Positions 44,705 to 54,747 of a stretch of 64,000 nt of DNA are shown piece after piece. The translations under genes and the position numbers were made by a program. This stretch comes from a virus (lineage: Duplodnaviria > Caudoviricetes): IMG/VR virus record IMGVR_UViG_3300048861_000079, positions 1 through 64,000 of that record. One strand, 5' to 3'. Below the pieces are notes generated by a model, which ran no database searches, was not told where the DNA came from, and saw only the letters and a program-made list of their open reading frames with translations. Within the stretch, counting starts at the first letter, position 1; the number at the start of each line of letters is the position of its first letter.

Positions 44705-46543
44705 GTGCAGGTAAACGTCGAAGAAAGCCGCTTTGTCGAAGCTTATAACGACCGGGAAACGTATCCCAACCTCACCGATGTCGCCGTCGCACTCGGTCTT
44801 TCATATCAGACCGTCCGGAACAGGAGCTCGGTGCTTCGCGCCAGGCTTCGTGCCGGCGAAGATGTTCCGGTCCTGATCTCTCGCGTAGTCGAGGCAAAGG
44901 CCAAGGATCCGGAAGCGCCGAAGAACCACGCTAACGCGCGCGCCGACATGCTGCGCTATGAGATCGACAAGCTGCTCACCTCGAGCCGCTACCCGGTAAC
45001 GAACCCGGAAGCCGTCGTCATCGATGCGACCGTTACCTCCAAGTATGACCGGCTGTCCGGCACCAAGAAGAACGTCGAGGGCACGCCGCGCACCTGGCTT
45101 ACCGATACGCTGATGGCTGAAGCTGTCGAGGATCCGCGCGGCCGCGTCTTCATCCTTTCCGGCGCCCAGAACGACGCCGAGGTTCACGAAGGCTTCTGGG
45201 AGAACCTGAAGGCTTACGCGCACTTCCGCGATGCGGACATCATCATCGGGCCCGGCACCTATGAAACGCAGTGGTGGTCGGAAAACAATTCAGTTGTTCG
45301 CAAGTATGCCGAGGAGATCGAGGAATATCTCTGCTTCGGTCAGATGAAGATCGGTGAGAACTTTGTCTTCTGCGCCGAGATGAACATGCTGCCGACCGCT
45401 AACCGGCCGATCTCGGATCTGACCACCTATACGCAGGGCCGCTGGGGCGTCTTTCCGCATTCCAAGATTCAGCTGAAGTCCGTGCCGTCGACCGATCCCG
45501 CTCGCCAGGCGCACCAGGTCATGACGACTGGCCTCGTTACCAAGCCGAAGATCATTCCGCGCAAGGCTGGAATCAAGTCGATCTTCCATCATCAGCTCGC
45601 AGCTGTGATCCTGGAATTTGACCATGATGGCGATCTTTTCTGTCGCCACCTGGTCGCCGACAAGGACGGTTCCTTCTGTGATCTGGAATTCTTCGTTAAG
45701 GATGGGGAGGTCGAGATCGATGATGAGCAGGTCGAGCTCCTGGTTATGGCTGACTTCCACACCGACAAGGAAAGCGCCTCGAGCTTCAATGCCACGTTCC
45801 GGGCGCCGAACTCGATTACCCGCTCGCTGAAGATCCGTCGGGCGATCGCGCACGACATCTTTGACAACTACCGCCGCAATCATCACCACGTCCACGACAA
45901 CTCCTATTCCTACGAGGTTGCCTATCGCGGCCGCGAAAGCGTGCTCGAGGAGGTGAGGGGAGTGGCCCGCATTCTTCAGGAGCTCCAGGAGACGGTCGCT
46001 ATCACGGTGGTCGAGTCCAATCACGATATCGCCCTGGAGCGCTATATCCGCGAGGGTCGCTATCGCAACGACGGCATCAACATTCGGCTCGGCCTGCAGC
46101 TCGAGGATGCCTATCTCGAATACCGCGAGCGCGCTGCTGATGCGATTGACGCCGGCCGCCCGAGCGAAAGCTTCTCGCTGCTCGAATACGCGGTCAACAT
46201 GGTCGCGGACAAGGACGGCATCAACGTCAGCGACGTGGAATGGGTGCATGACGGCTATAGCTACGTCGTGAACGGCGTGGAATGCGGCAACCACGGCTTC
46301 CGTGGCGCAAATGGTGCTCGGGGCACGGTCGCTGGCTTCGCGCAGCTGGGGCGCAAGATGAACATCGGCGACAAGCACTCGCCCGAGATCTGCGATGGCG
46401 TCTATGTGTCCGGCGTCATGAACCTCCGCCAGGGCTACAACAAGGGTCCGAGCGGCTGGGCTGTGACGCACACGATCCAGTATAACAACGGCAAGCGCAC
46501 CTTGGTTACGATGCAGAACGGAAAGTGGCGTGCATTTATTTAG
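44705..46543 (+). CDS. Calcineurin-like metallophosphoesterase with N-terminal HTH
   Basis: DFH, HDIFD, ESNHD, NHG, GDKHS motifs. Confidence 0.75.
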   Translation: MQVNVEESRFVEAYNDRETYPNLTDVAVALGLSYQTVRNRSSVLRARLRAGEDVPVLISRVVEAKAKDPEAPKNHANARADMLRYEIDKLLTSSRYPVTNPEAVVIDATVTSKYDRLSGTKKNVEGTPRTWLTDTLMAEAVEDPRGRVFILSGAQNDAEVHEGFWENLKAYAHFRDADIIIGPGTYETQWWSENNSVVRKYAEEIEEYLCFGQMKIGENFVFCAEMNMLPTANRPISDLTTYTQGRWGVFPHSKIQLKSVPSTDPARQAHQVMTTGLVTKPKIIPRKAGIKSIFHHQLAAVILEFDHDGDLFCRHLVADKDGSFCDLEFFVKDGEVEIDDEQVELLVMADFHTDKESASSFNATFRAPNSITRSLKIRRAIAHDIFDNYRRNHHHVHDNSYSYEVAYRGRESVLEEVRGVARILQELQETVAITVVESNHDIALERYIREGRYRNDGINIRLGLQLEDAYLEYRERAADAIDAGRPSESFSLLEYAVNMVADKDGINVSDVEWVHDGYSYVVNGVECGNHGFRGANGARGTVAGFAQLGRKMNIGDKHSPEICDGVYVSGVMNLRQGYNKGPSGWAVTHTIQYNNGKRTLVTMQNGKWRAFI

Positions 46544-46552
46544 CGGTTGTGA

Positions 46553-46570
46553 TAAGTAAACACTTACTTA
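46553..46570. promoter_or_regulatory. Operator copy
   Basis: TAAGTAAACACTTACTTA. Confidence 0.8.
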
Positions 46571-46588
46571 TGTTTTCTGAGGATCGTT

Positions 46589-46948
46589 ATGGCTCCCTAC
46601 ACTTCGTATCTTCGCGGCCGGGCTATCCAGACCGGCGCCGACTGGCGCGTCCGCATCAAGGTTGTTTCGCCTGATCTCGAGGCATTCCCGGAGAGCGCCC
46701 GCTTCCTGGCGCAAATGCGCGAGACGAATGCCGATGGTCCGGTCAAGATCGAGATGACGACTGAAAACACCCGCATCACTCGCGTTGACGGACAGACCCT
46801 CGATCTGTCGTTGAAGGGCGTGGACTCGGTGGATTGGCAGGAAGGCGTAGTCGTTCTCGATGTGCTGCGCGTCGACCTGACGAGCCCTGTCCATCTCGGC
46901 TTCGACATGAAGATCCCGGTCAAGCGCTCGATCACGAGGGTCGCATAA
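46589..46948 (+). CDS. Tail fibre-associated (adaptor-like) protein
   Basis: Beta-rich 119 aa directly upstream of the fibre. Confidence 0.65.
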   Translation: MAPYTSYLRGRAIQTGADWRVRIKVVSPDLEAFPESARFLAQMRETNADGPVKIEMTTENTRITRVDGQTLDLSLKGVDSVDWQEGVVVLDVLRVDLTSPVHLGFDMKIPVKRSITRVA

Positions 46949-49197
46949 TGGCCGCCGCTGATATCGTCGTCAACACCTCCACCCTGGATGAGGTCGAGCT
47001 GAACTACTCGAATGATTTCGAGGTCACGGTGCGAAACAACACTGGCGTCGAAGTTTCGCTTTCTTCACAGGGTCCAGCTGGTCCGCAGGGTGAGATCGGC
47101 GACGTCACGCCGGCAGCCCTGCAGGCGCTTGCCGATGCACAGGCTGCGGAGGCCGCCGCCAAGACGGCGCAGACCGCCGCAGAGACCGCTGAGACTGGCG
47201 CTGCCGGTTCTGCTTCTGCCGCGGCGACCTCAGAATCGAACGCGGCGGGCTCGGCGACCACTGCGGGCAACAAGGCGGCGAATGCACTGGCAAGCCAGAA
47301 TGCTGCCAAGACCTCCGAAACCAATGCAAAGACGTCCGAGACGAACGCCAAGACCTCCGAGACGAATGCGGCAAACTCCGCATCTGCTGCAGCTACGTCA
47401 AAGACCGGCGCTGACACGGCTAAGTCGGGCGCCGACGCGGCAAAGGCCGCGGCTGAAACCGCGCGTGACGCCGCGCAGACCGCGCAGACCGACGCAGAAG
47501 CCGCTCGCGACGACGCCGAAGGATCCGCGAACGCAGCGTCCACCTCAGAAACGAATGCCAGGGCATCCGAGTCCAACGCCGCAACCTCTGAAGACAACGC
47601 AAAGACCTCAGAAACGAATGCGGGGACGGCCAAGACCGCGGCTGAAACTGCTCGCGATGTGGCTCTCCAGGCAAAGATTGGCGCCCTGGCAGCACAGACG
47701 GACGCTGAGACGGCGCGAGACGATGCGGTCACGCAGAAGACCGCGGCCACGGACGCGGCGACCGAGGCTGGTAGCGCGCGGGATGCCGCCCAGGCAGCTC
47801 AGAGCGCCGCTGAGAGCGCGCAGACGGCTGCTGAGACTGCACAGGGCCTTGCTGAGCAGTCCGCCACGAATGCAGCGGCTTCCGAGGCGGCCGCAGCCGC
47901 GAGTGCTGAAGCCGCCGCGTCGATCGGCCCGGAGAACTATATCCGGCGCGAAAACAACGGCTCTGATTTCACCGACGCGAATGCGACCCGTCAGAACCTT
48001 GGCGCAGCACCGCTTGAGCACACCCATCCGGTGACCGACATCGTTGGTCTGGAAGGCGCGCTGGAGAATATGTTTGCGTCTCCGACGTTCACTGGCACGC
48101 CGACCGCACCGACAGCAGCTCCGGGCACCAACGATACGCAGATCGCGACGACGGGTTTCGTGCGTGGCGAGCTAAATAGCCTTGTCAACGGCGCTCCTGC
48201 TGCGCTCGACACGCTGAAGGAAATCTCCGACAAGCTGGCAAACGATGAGAGCGCGGTTACCGCCCTCACGTCTGTCGTCTCCGGCAAGCAGGCAAACCTC
48301 GGCTTCACGCCCGTTCAGCAGGGCACTGGTCCGAGCCAGACGACGAACACGATCGCGATCGGCTACTCCACGGCTCATACGCTGCGGGTAGCCGTTGGGG
48401 CGACCGACTTTGCCGATGTCTGGCCGATCAACATCAACGGCAATGCGGCAACTGCCACGGCGGCTACCGACTCGAATTCGGTTGGTGGCAAGACGCTCGC
48501 GGATATTCAGGCGATGATTGCCGCCGCTACGCCGACGAACGTAATGCCGAAGTCGGGCGGCCAGTTCTCGGGCGGTATTAGCTTCGTCAATAATGTCGCG
48601 TCCTCGCCCACTGACCTGACCAAGCATATTGCGTTGTGGGGAACGAACTTCGGCTTCAGCATCACGTCGGGCACACTGAATTACGTTTCCAATAGCAATC
48701 ACGACTTCTACTCCGGCTCAACGAAGGTCGTGAGTGTCACGGCCACCGGCATGGCGATCGCCGGCACCCTTGCCACCTCTGGCAATATCCAAATCACTGG
48801 CACCTCGCCACAGGTTTTGCTCACGAACAGCAATAACAGCAAGACCCGCTACCTCTATCACGACGGAACGAATATCGGCTTTCTCGGTAGCACGGGAAGT
48901 TGGCTTTTCCGAACGGATGATACCGGCGCTCTTTGGTGTTCCCAGCTCGGTGACATTAATGGTCGCATCGAGAACCGCGCTATTGCCTGGGCGAACGACC
49001 GCGTCTCCCAGATCTCTTTCCGGCGCACTGGTCTAAGCAGCACGGGCGGGACGACGGATACTTCTCTCAGTGGACCCTATGTCGTGTGCGGATATTCACG
49101 CGAGAGTGGTAACGCTGGTCAGGTTGCCAGCCTCTATTACACGATCCTGCAGGGCTACGACCCTGTTCGCGGCTGGTGGAACATCGGAGTATCATAA
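46948..49197 (+). CDS. Side tail fibre (Stf-like)
   Basis: Ala/Ser/Thr repeats; SPTFTGTPTAPTA, IATTGFV, APAALDTLKEI..L.ND motifs; start 46948. Confidence 0.9.
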   Translation: MAAADIVVNTSTLDEVELNYSNDFEVTVRNNTGVEVSLSSQGPAGPQGEIGDVTPAALQALADAQAAEAAAKTAQTAAETAETGAAGSASAAATSESNAAGSATTAGNKAANALASQNAAKTSETNAKTSETNAKTSETNAANSASAAATSKTGADTAKSGADAAKAAAETARDAAQTAQTDAEAARDDAEGSANAASTSETNARASESNAATSEDNAKTSETNAGTAKTAAETARDVALQAKIGALAAQTDAETARDDAVTQKTAATDAATEAGSARDAAQAAQSAAESAQTAAETAQGLAEQSATNAAASEAAAAASAEAAASIGPENYIRRENNGSDFTDANATRQNLGAAPLEHTHPVTDIVGLEGALENMFASPTFTGTPTAPTAAPGTNDTQIATTGFVRGELNSLVNGAPAALDTLKEISDKLANDESAVTALTSVVSGKQANLGFTPVQQGTGPSQTTNTIAIGYSTAHTLRVAVGATDFADVWPININGNAATATAATDSNSVGGKTLADIQAMIAAATPTNVMPKSGGQFSGGISFVNNVASSPTDLTKHIALWGTNFGFSITSGTLNYVSNSNHDFYSGSTKVVSVTATGMAIAGTLATSGNIQITGTSPQVLLTNSNNSKTRYLYHDGTNIGFLGSTGSWLFRTDDTGALWCSQLGDINGRIENRAIAWANDRVSQISFRRTGLSSTGGTTDTSLSGPYVVCGYSRESGNAGQVASLYYTILQGYDPVRGWWNIGVS
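47305..47367 (+). repeat. 3 x 21-bp tandem repeat encoding AKTSETN
   Basis: GCCAAGACCTCCGAAACCAAT-like units. Confidence 0.85.
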
Positions 49198-49823
49198 TGG
49201 AAAATGTGACGATTGTTGATTTCGGCTACTTCACCGGCGAGACCGTCGGTGGAGTCTGCTACATGAAGGACGAATCCGGCAATGACTGGTATGAAATGCT
49301 CAAGGCGTTAACGACCTGGGACATTCCGACCGGTGCCTACATCAATGCCGTCTACGGCACGTTCATGACTTACAATAAGGACACCGGCGAGATAGCCCAG
49401 ATCGAGTTCGACCCGACGCGCATCGTGCCGTGGTTCCTGGGTCTGATCGCTGTAGACGCCGCATACACCGACTATCCGAAGGATAAGCGCTGGTGCTACC
49501 AGAATGGCGTAATCGCTGAATATGTGCCGCCCGTGGTCATTCCGGTGAAGATCTCCGATCGGCAGTTCTTCCAGCAGCTCGCAAAGATGGCGCTGATTAC
49601 CCAGCAGGAAGCACTCTCCGCGGTGAAGACTGGCGACGTGCCGGCAGCCATGATGACCTTTATCAACGCCTTGCCGGCTGATGAACAGTGGGATGCCCAA
49701 ATGGTTCTCTGTGGCGCGACAGAGTTCGAACGCGCCCACCCTCTTGTCGCTGCTTTCGCCGCTGCGCAGGGCATGACCAGTGATCAGACCGACCAGTTGT
49801 GGATCAATGCCTCAAAGCTGTAG
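49197..49823 (+). CDS. Tail fibre assembly/chaperone protein
   Basis: Y.KDESG.DWYE; IS.RQFFQQL...; FER.HPLV...D.LW..A. Confidence 0.8.
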   Translation: MENVTIVDFGYFTGETVGGVCYMKDESGNDWYEMLKALTTWDIPTGAYINAVYGTFMTYNKDTGEIAQIEFDPTRIVPWFLGLIAVDAAYTDYPKDKRWCYQNGVIAEYVPPVVIPVKISDRQFFQQLAKMALITQQEALSAVKTGDVPAAMMTFINALPADEQWDAQMVLCGATEFERAHPLVAAFAAAQGMTSDQTDQLWINASKL

Positions 49824-49831
49824 CTTATTTT

Positions 49832-49851
49832 GTAAGTAACCACTTACTTAC
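49832..49851. promoter_or_regulatory. Operator copy
   Basis: GTAAGTAACCACTTACTTAC. Confidence 0.8.
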
Positions 49852-49912
49852 ATTGATGCTTTCAGCTAAAGTGCAGGGGTAAATCGATACCCCTTCACTG
49901 GAGTTCCCCGAA

Positions 49913-50668
49913 ATGCCCAAGCCCAAGAGGTCCGTCGCTCGTGAAACTCGCCGCGACGGCCGTTCGCGTGCGCGCAACGATGCCAAGCTCATTGCTTCCG
50001 TCGATCGCTCCCTTCCTGCCGCGCCGCAGCTCGCCCGCCGCGAGCCTGTCAAGCCGCTCACTCCCGGTCAGAAGCGCTATGACGCCGGCTTCAAGTCGTC
50101 TGCGATCATCTTCGGCCTTGGACCGGCCGGCACGGGTAAGACCTGGTTTGCCATTCAGCGTGCCGTCGAGGCCTACAAGGCTGGCGAGATCAAGAAGATC
50201 TACGTCACGCGGCCGGCGATCGAGGTAGGCGAGGGCATGGGCTTCCTGCCGGGCGAGCTCGAGGAGAAGTTTGCGCCCTACCTGATTCCGCTCAAGGAAG
50301 CCTTTGTCGAGGCGATGGGCTCTGGATCCTACGAATATGCGCTGAAGGCTGAGATCATCGAACCTGTGCCGCTCGCCTTCATCCGTGGCCGCACGCTGAA
50401 GGATGCCTGGGTCATCGCCGACGAAATGCAGAACGCTACCAAGGCCGAGTTCAAGGCGTTCCTGACCCGTATCGGCGAGAACGCCAAGTTCGTCGTCAAC
50501 GGCGACACCTCGCAGATCGATGAGAAGATCGGAGCAAAGTCCGGCCTGGAGGATGCGGTCAAGCGCATTGGCAACCACAGCCAGGTCTCGGTTGTCCGCT
50601 TCACGCGCGCCGAGGTCGTTCGTTCCGGGCTCTGCCAGGACATGGTCGAGGCATACGAGGGCGCTTAG
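49913..50668 (+). CDS. phoH: PhoH-family ATPase
   Basis: GPAGTGKT, GFLPG, RGRT, ADEMQN, GD..QID. Confidence 0.93.
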   Translation: MPKPKRSVARETRRDGRSRARNDAKLIASVDRSLPAAPQLARREPVKPLTPGQKRYDAGFKSSAIIFGLGPAGTGKTWFAIQRAVEAYKAGEIKKIYVTRPAIEVGEGMGFLPGELEEKFAPYLIPLKEAFVEAMGSGSYEYALKAEIIEPVPLAFIRGRTLKDAWVIADEMQNATKAEFKAFLTRIGENAKFVVNGDTSQIDEKIGAKSGLEDAVKRIGNHSQVSVVRFTRAEVVRSGLCQDMVEAYEGA

Positions 50669-50679
50669 GCGCCCTTTTT
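50658..50679 (+). terminator. Terminator
   Basis: AGGGCGC-ttag-GCGCCCT-TTTT. Confidence 0.7.
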
Positions 50680-50738
50680 AACCCAATCCTGAAATGCGCT
50701 TTGCCATGCACGCTGACGCTATAACGCAAGTAACAGCA

Positions 50739-51485
50739 ATGAATGAAGATCAGGACATGCACATTAACGCCGCCTTTTCGACCGAGCTAGACGCTCCGCG
50801 CGTGGACACGCTGGAGAACGACTTCTACGCTTCGTCGGTCATCCCGAAGAAGTATGCCGATTGGGATCTGGAGCTCTTCCAGACCAAGTGGTTCGACTAC
50901 CGGATGATGACTCCGCTGCAGGCGACAAAGGCTTACATCGATGCGTATGTCGGCGTCTATCGCCGGATCTTTGCCCGCGAGTTCGATCATGAGCGGGCGC
51001 AATATATCACCCCGCTCAACTTCGACAGCCTGCGCGCCGGCATCCTGCAGGGCAGAACCAGGGACAAGACCAAGTTCGTCGGCGCCTGGCACGGCCGCCA
51101 GATCGCTGATGCGCTTGGAATGCCCTATGCCGAATATATCGACGCGGTCATGACCCAGCGGATGCGCCGTTGGAAGCAGAATTATATGCCGCAGCCGCAG
51201 CACCTCTATCACGAATACGATGTCGAGAAGGCGCAGGAGAAGTGGGAGGAGATGAAGCTCGGCCGGCTCTATGTGGCCGAGCATCACGCCTACCTGGTCC
51301 AGAACTACGAGGGCGCAGCTCACCAGGACCAGTATCACGAATACCTATTCATGATGGCGGAGAAGCGCAACAACCCGGCGATGGTGCTTGCGCAGTGCAT
51401 CGACAACGACCAGCTCCCGCCGGAAAAGGTCTTCCATCGGGTCGGCTCCGAGCAATACGAGCGCGTCGAGCGTCACCTGAGCTAA
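50739..51485 (+). CDS. Conserved-looking hypothetical protein upstream of the helicase (start 50739 or 50757)
   Basis: KWFDYR.MTP..AT motif; -10 box CTATAAC upstream argues against the longer start. Confidence 0.75.
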   Translation: MNEDQDMHINAAFSTELDAPRVDTLENDFYASSVIPKKYADWDLELFQTKWFDYRMMTPLQATKAYIDAYVGVYRRIFAREFDHERAQYITPLNFDSLRAGILQGRTRDKTKFVGAWHGRQIADALGMPYAEYIDAVMTQRMRRWKQNYMPQPQHLYHEYDVEKAQEKWEEMKLGRLYVAEHHAYLVQNYEGAAHQDQYHEYLFMMAEKRNNPAMVLAQCIDNDQLPPEKVFHRVGSEQYERVERHLS

Positions 51486-51542
51486 TCCAAGTCGCTTCGC
51501 GCTATAACGACAAACGAGAGCGCAAATTATTTGCACAAACTT

Positions 51543-51562
51543 GTAAGTAAATGCTTACTTAC
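51543..51562. promoter_or_regulatory. Operator copy
   Basis: GTAAGTAAATGCTTACTTAC. Confidence 0.8.
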
Positions 51563-51584
51563 CTTTGAGTGAGAAGGAGCTACT

Positions 51585-52949
51585 GTGTCCGTAGCCGTCG
51601 CAGCACCCGAGACCTATGAGGAAGCCGAGTTCGAGCCCGGCAAGTATGAATTTGACGACGACATGCAGCGCAAGATCGCCAGCATGTTCATGCGCGACAC
51701 CACGTTCGCGATGCAGACCAAGGATCTGATCAAGCCGGAATATTTCACCGACACGTCGGTCGGCGCGTTGATCCGGATCGTCCAGGAGCATGTGAAGGTC
51801 TACCGATCGGTTCCGGACATGAAGATCCTGCCGACGATCCTGAAGGATGAGATCGCCGCCAAGCGCATCCGTCCCGACATGATCGACGGCGTGAAGGATA
51901 TGGTTCGTGACGCCCTGACGGCGGATCTTTCCAATCCCGAGTTTGTGACCAGCCGCGTAGCCTCTTTCGCCAAGCACCAGGCGATCGAGCAGGCAATCAT
52001 GAAGTCGGTCGATCTTCTGGAGAAGGGGAAGTTTGACGAGATCGCCCAGCTTATGAAGGAGGCGAGTTCCGTCGGAGCCGTCTCCGATGGCGGCGACTAT
52101 AACTATTTCGAAGAGATCGCGAACCGCACCCAGCAGCGCCACGATATCCTCGCCGGTAAGATCGTCCGCGACGGCATCACGACGGGATATCCCGGAATGG
52201 ATGCGTTGCTATACCACTATGGCTGGGGCCGGCGCGAGCTGTCGTGTCTCCTCGGCGCTGCCAAGGCCGGTAAGTCGATGGCGCTTGGCGACTTCGGCAA
52301 GAATGCTTCGCTCGCCGGCTACAACGTCTTTTACGACAGTCTGGAAGTCCACAAGGAGATCATCGCCGCCCGTCTCGACGCGGCACTCGCCGACACCCTG
52401 ATCAGGGATCTGCACAAGGATCCCGACAAGGTCCAGGCCGAGATCCTCAAGATGCAGGCGAAGGCCGGGCAGTTCCGGATGCGCGACCATCCTTCCGGCA
52501 CGCTCAAGCCGTCACAGCTTCACCGTCTCCTCGAGCAGTATCGCGGCGATGGGCTGATCTTCGATCTCGTGATTGTCGACTATGCCGACATCATGGCTTC
52601 CGAATATCGTTCTGACAGCCTGATCGAAAACCTGCGCACCATTTATATCGACCTGCGCGCGCTCGCCCACGAGATGAACTGCGCCGTGCTCACTGCAACG
52701 CAGACGAACCGTGACGGTGCCAAGGCTCACACTGCCAAGGCAACCGACGTCGGCGACGACTGGAATAAGGCGCGAACCGTCGACATTCTGATCGGTATCA
52801 ATGCCACCGACGCCGAGAAGGCTGCCGGCGAGGCGCGTCTGACCTGGCTGCTTTCGCGTAACACGGCCGACGGGTTCAGCCTGCGCATCAAGCAGGATCG
52901 CGAGAAGATGCAGTTCCTCACCAAGATCATCGCCAAGGAAGGTCTGTAA
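51585..52949 (+). CDS. Replicative DnaB-like helicase
   Basis: GAAKAGKS, IVDY, TATQ.NR. Confidence 0.88.
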   Translation: MSVAVAAPETYEEAEFEPGKYEFDDDMQRKIASMFMRDTTFAMQTKDLIKPEYFTDTSVGALIRIVQEHVKVYRSVPDMKILPTILKDEIAAKRIRPDMIDGVKDMVRDALTADLSNPEFVTSRVASFAKHQAIEQAIMKSVDLLEKGKFDEIAQLMKEASSVGAVSDGGDYNYFEEIANRTQQRHDILAGKIVRDGITTGYPGMDALLYHYGWGRRELSCLLGAAKAGKSMALGDFGKNASLAGYNVFYDSLEVHKEIIAARLDAALADTLIRDLHKDPDKVQAEILKMQAKAGQFRMRDHPSGTLKPSQLHRLLEQYRGDGLIFDLVIVDYADIMASEYRSDSLIENLRTIYIDLRALAHEMNCAVLTATQTNRDGAKAHTAKATDVGDDWNKARTVDILIGINATDAEKAAGEARLTWLLSRNTADGFSLRIKQDREKMQFLTKIIAKEGL

Positions 52950-54118
52950 TGAGCCGCTTGTCGATCGCCGATATCAACGCCGAGCTGGATATCGAATATT
53001 TCCTCCAGCGTGAGAGCCTGGCCTACCGTGAGACGCGCGGCGTCTCCGGCACCCAGCTCAACATCAAGTCGTGTCCGAATCCTGTCTGTCGTGACGGCCG
53101 CTGGCGCACGTATTTCGGGATCGAGACGGGCAGGGGAAACTGCTTCGTCTGCTCCAAGAGCTACAACGCCGTCGGCTTTATCCATGACTACTTCGATCAC
53201 GGCGACAACGATTGGGGTCAGACCTTCCGCGAATGCGAGGAGATCATGCGTGAGCAGGGCTGGCGGCCCAAGCGCCAGGCGGTCGCGGCGGTAGACCACG
53301 GCGACGTCAAGCTCCCTGTATCCGAACCCTTGCCGCTCGAGACGGGCGAGAATCTCGCCTATCTGGAGACCCGCGGCTTCGGACCCGACATCTGCAAATA
53401 CTTTAACCTGCGCTGGTGCGAATACGGCTGGTGGATGTTCAAGACGCCCGAGGGCGAGACAAAGATGCAGAACTTCGGCGACCGCATCATCATCCCGGTT
53501 TTCGACCTCGACGGATCCCTAAAGACCTTTCAGGGACGCGACCTGTTGCCTGGCCTGAGCGAAGAGCAGAAGGCGCTCGGAATGCAGGAGCGCCAGAAGT
53601 ATCTGTTCCCGATGGAGCTGCCCGGCACGGGCCGATACCTGCTGAACGGCCAGAACGTGCTGGCGACCGATCATGTGGTCATGGGCGAAGGTGTCTTCGA
53701 CGTCGCGGCGACCAAGCTCGCCTATGACGAGGATCCGGCGCTACGTCACATCGTGCCGATCGGATCCTTCGGCAAGCACCTATCCTACGGCAATGCTCAG
53801 GGCGATGACCAGCTCGGCCGCTTCATCATCCTGAGGACGCGCGGCGTGAAGATCATCACCATCATGTGGGATGGCGGCGAGAAGGAGCTGATTGCGGCCC
53901 TGAATGCCGCCAAGATGTTGACCGGGATCGGCTTCACGGTGCGGATCGCGCTTCTGCCGTTTGAGAAGGATCCGAACGAAGTCACGGGTGACGTTGTTCG
54001 CAAGGCTCATTACGAGGCGAAGGTCTGGACGCCAAAGCTCGACATCATGTGGCGCATGAAGAATCCCTACACGCCGGCGCGAAAGGCCAAGGAAGCTGCG
54101 CTCGCCGCGGCTGCGTAG
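52949..54118 (+). CDS. DNA primase (Zn finger + Toprim)
   Basis: CPNPVC...CFVC; RIIIPV; GEGVFD; WDG. Confidence 0.85.
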   Translation: MSRLSIADINAELDIEYFLQRESLAYRETRGVSGTQLNIKSCPNPVCRDGRWRTYFGIETGRGNCFVCSKSYNAVGFIHDYFDHGDNDWGQTFRECEEIMREQGWRPKRQAVAAVDHGDVKLPVSEPLPLETGENLAYLETRGFGPDICKYFNLRWCEYGWWMFKTPEGETKMQNFGDRIIIPVFDLDGSLKTFQGRDLLPGLSEEQKALGMQERQKYLFPMELPGTGRYLLNGQNVLATDHVVMGEGVFDVAATKLAYDEDPALRHIVPIGSFGKHLSYGNAQGDDQLGRFIILRTRGVKIITIMWDGGEKELIAALNAAKMLTGIGFTVRIALLPFEKDPNEVTGDVVRKAHYEAKVWTPKLDIMWRMKNPYTPARKAKEAALAAAA

Positions 54119-54222
54119 GTTTCAGTAAACGCTGACTTATCACCTGCGCGTTTCCATCGATGATCACGCTATAACGTAATCAACAGCAATCGAGACGTGA
54201 AAGCGCTTCGAAGGAGAATTCA

Positions 54223-54747
54223 ATGTCATACCCGATCAAGGTGACGCAGCAGTCCTACGACCATAAGGGCGGCACCAAGTCCTACCATTTCACGATGATC
54301 GAAGCTGCCGATGGCCGCTGCGTTGTCGTGTTTCGCTATGGCAAGAAGGGTCAGTTCGGTCAGCTCATCACTGCGACGTTTGAGACCGCCAAGGCTGCCT
54401 GGAAGCATTACGAGGCGAAAGAAAACGAGAAGCAGAAGGGCGGCTATACGCCCATCGGAACCCAGAGCACGAAGGTCGCAGGGAATCCGACTGAATTGCC
54501 CACGACCGTCGGGATCGCGCTTTTCAACAAGATCGGCGGCAAGGCCGTCAATCACATCGATACCGGCTACGACACTTCAAAGATGCGCCAGGAAGTCGAC
54601 GTGCCGACGCTTGATGAGGAAGGCCGCAAGGTCGGCGACACCAGTCGCAAGGCCGACATCAAGGATCTGCTTGCACAGCAGAAGGCTGCCGAGGAAGAAC
54701 TCGCCGCCCGCGCTTATGACGACAACGAAGAATATGGAATCTTCTGA
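54223..54747 (+). CDS. WGR-domain-like protein
   Basis: KSYHFTM...VFRYGK.G..G...K..EK.K.GY. Confidence 0.6.
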   Translation: MSYPIKVTQQSYDHKGGTKSYHFTMIEAADGRCVVVFRYGKKGQFGQLITATFETAKAAWKHYEAKENEKQKGGYTPIGTQSTKVAGNPTELPTTVGIALFNKIGGKAVNHIDTGYDTSKMRQEVDVPTLDEEGRKVGDTSRKADIKDLLAQQKAAEEELAARAYDDNEEYGIF

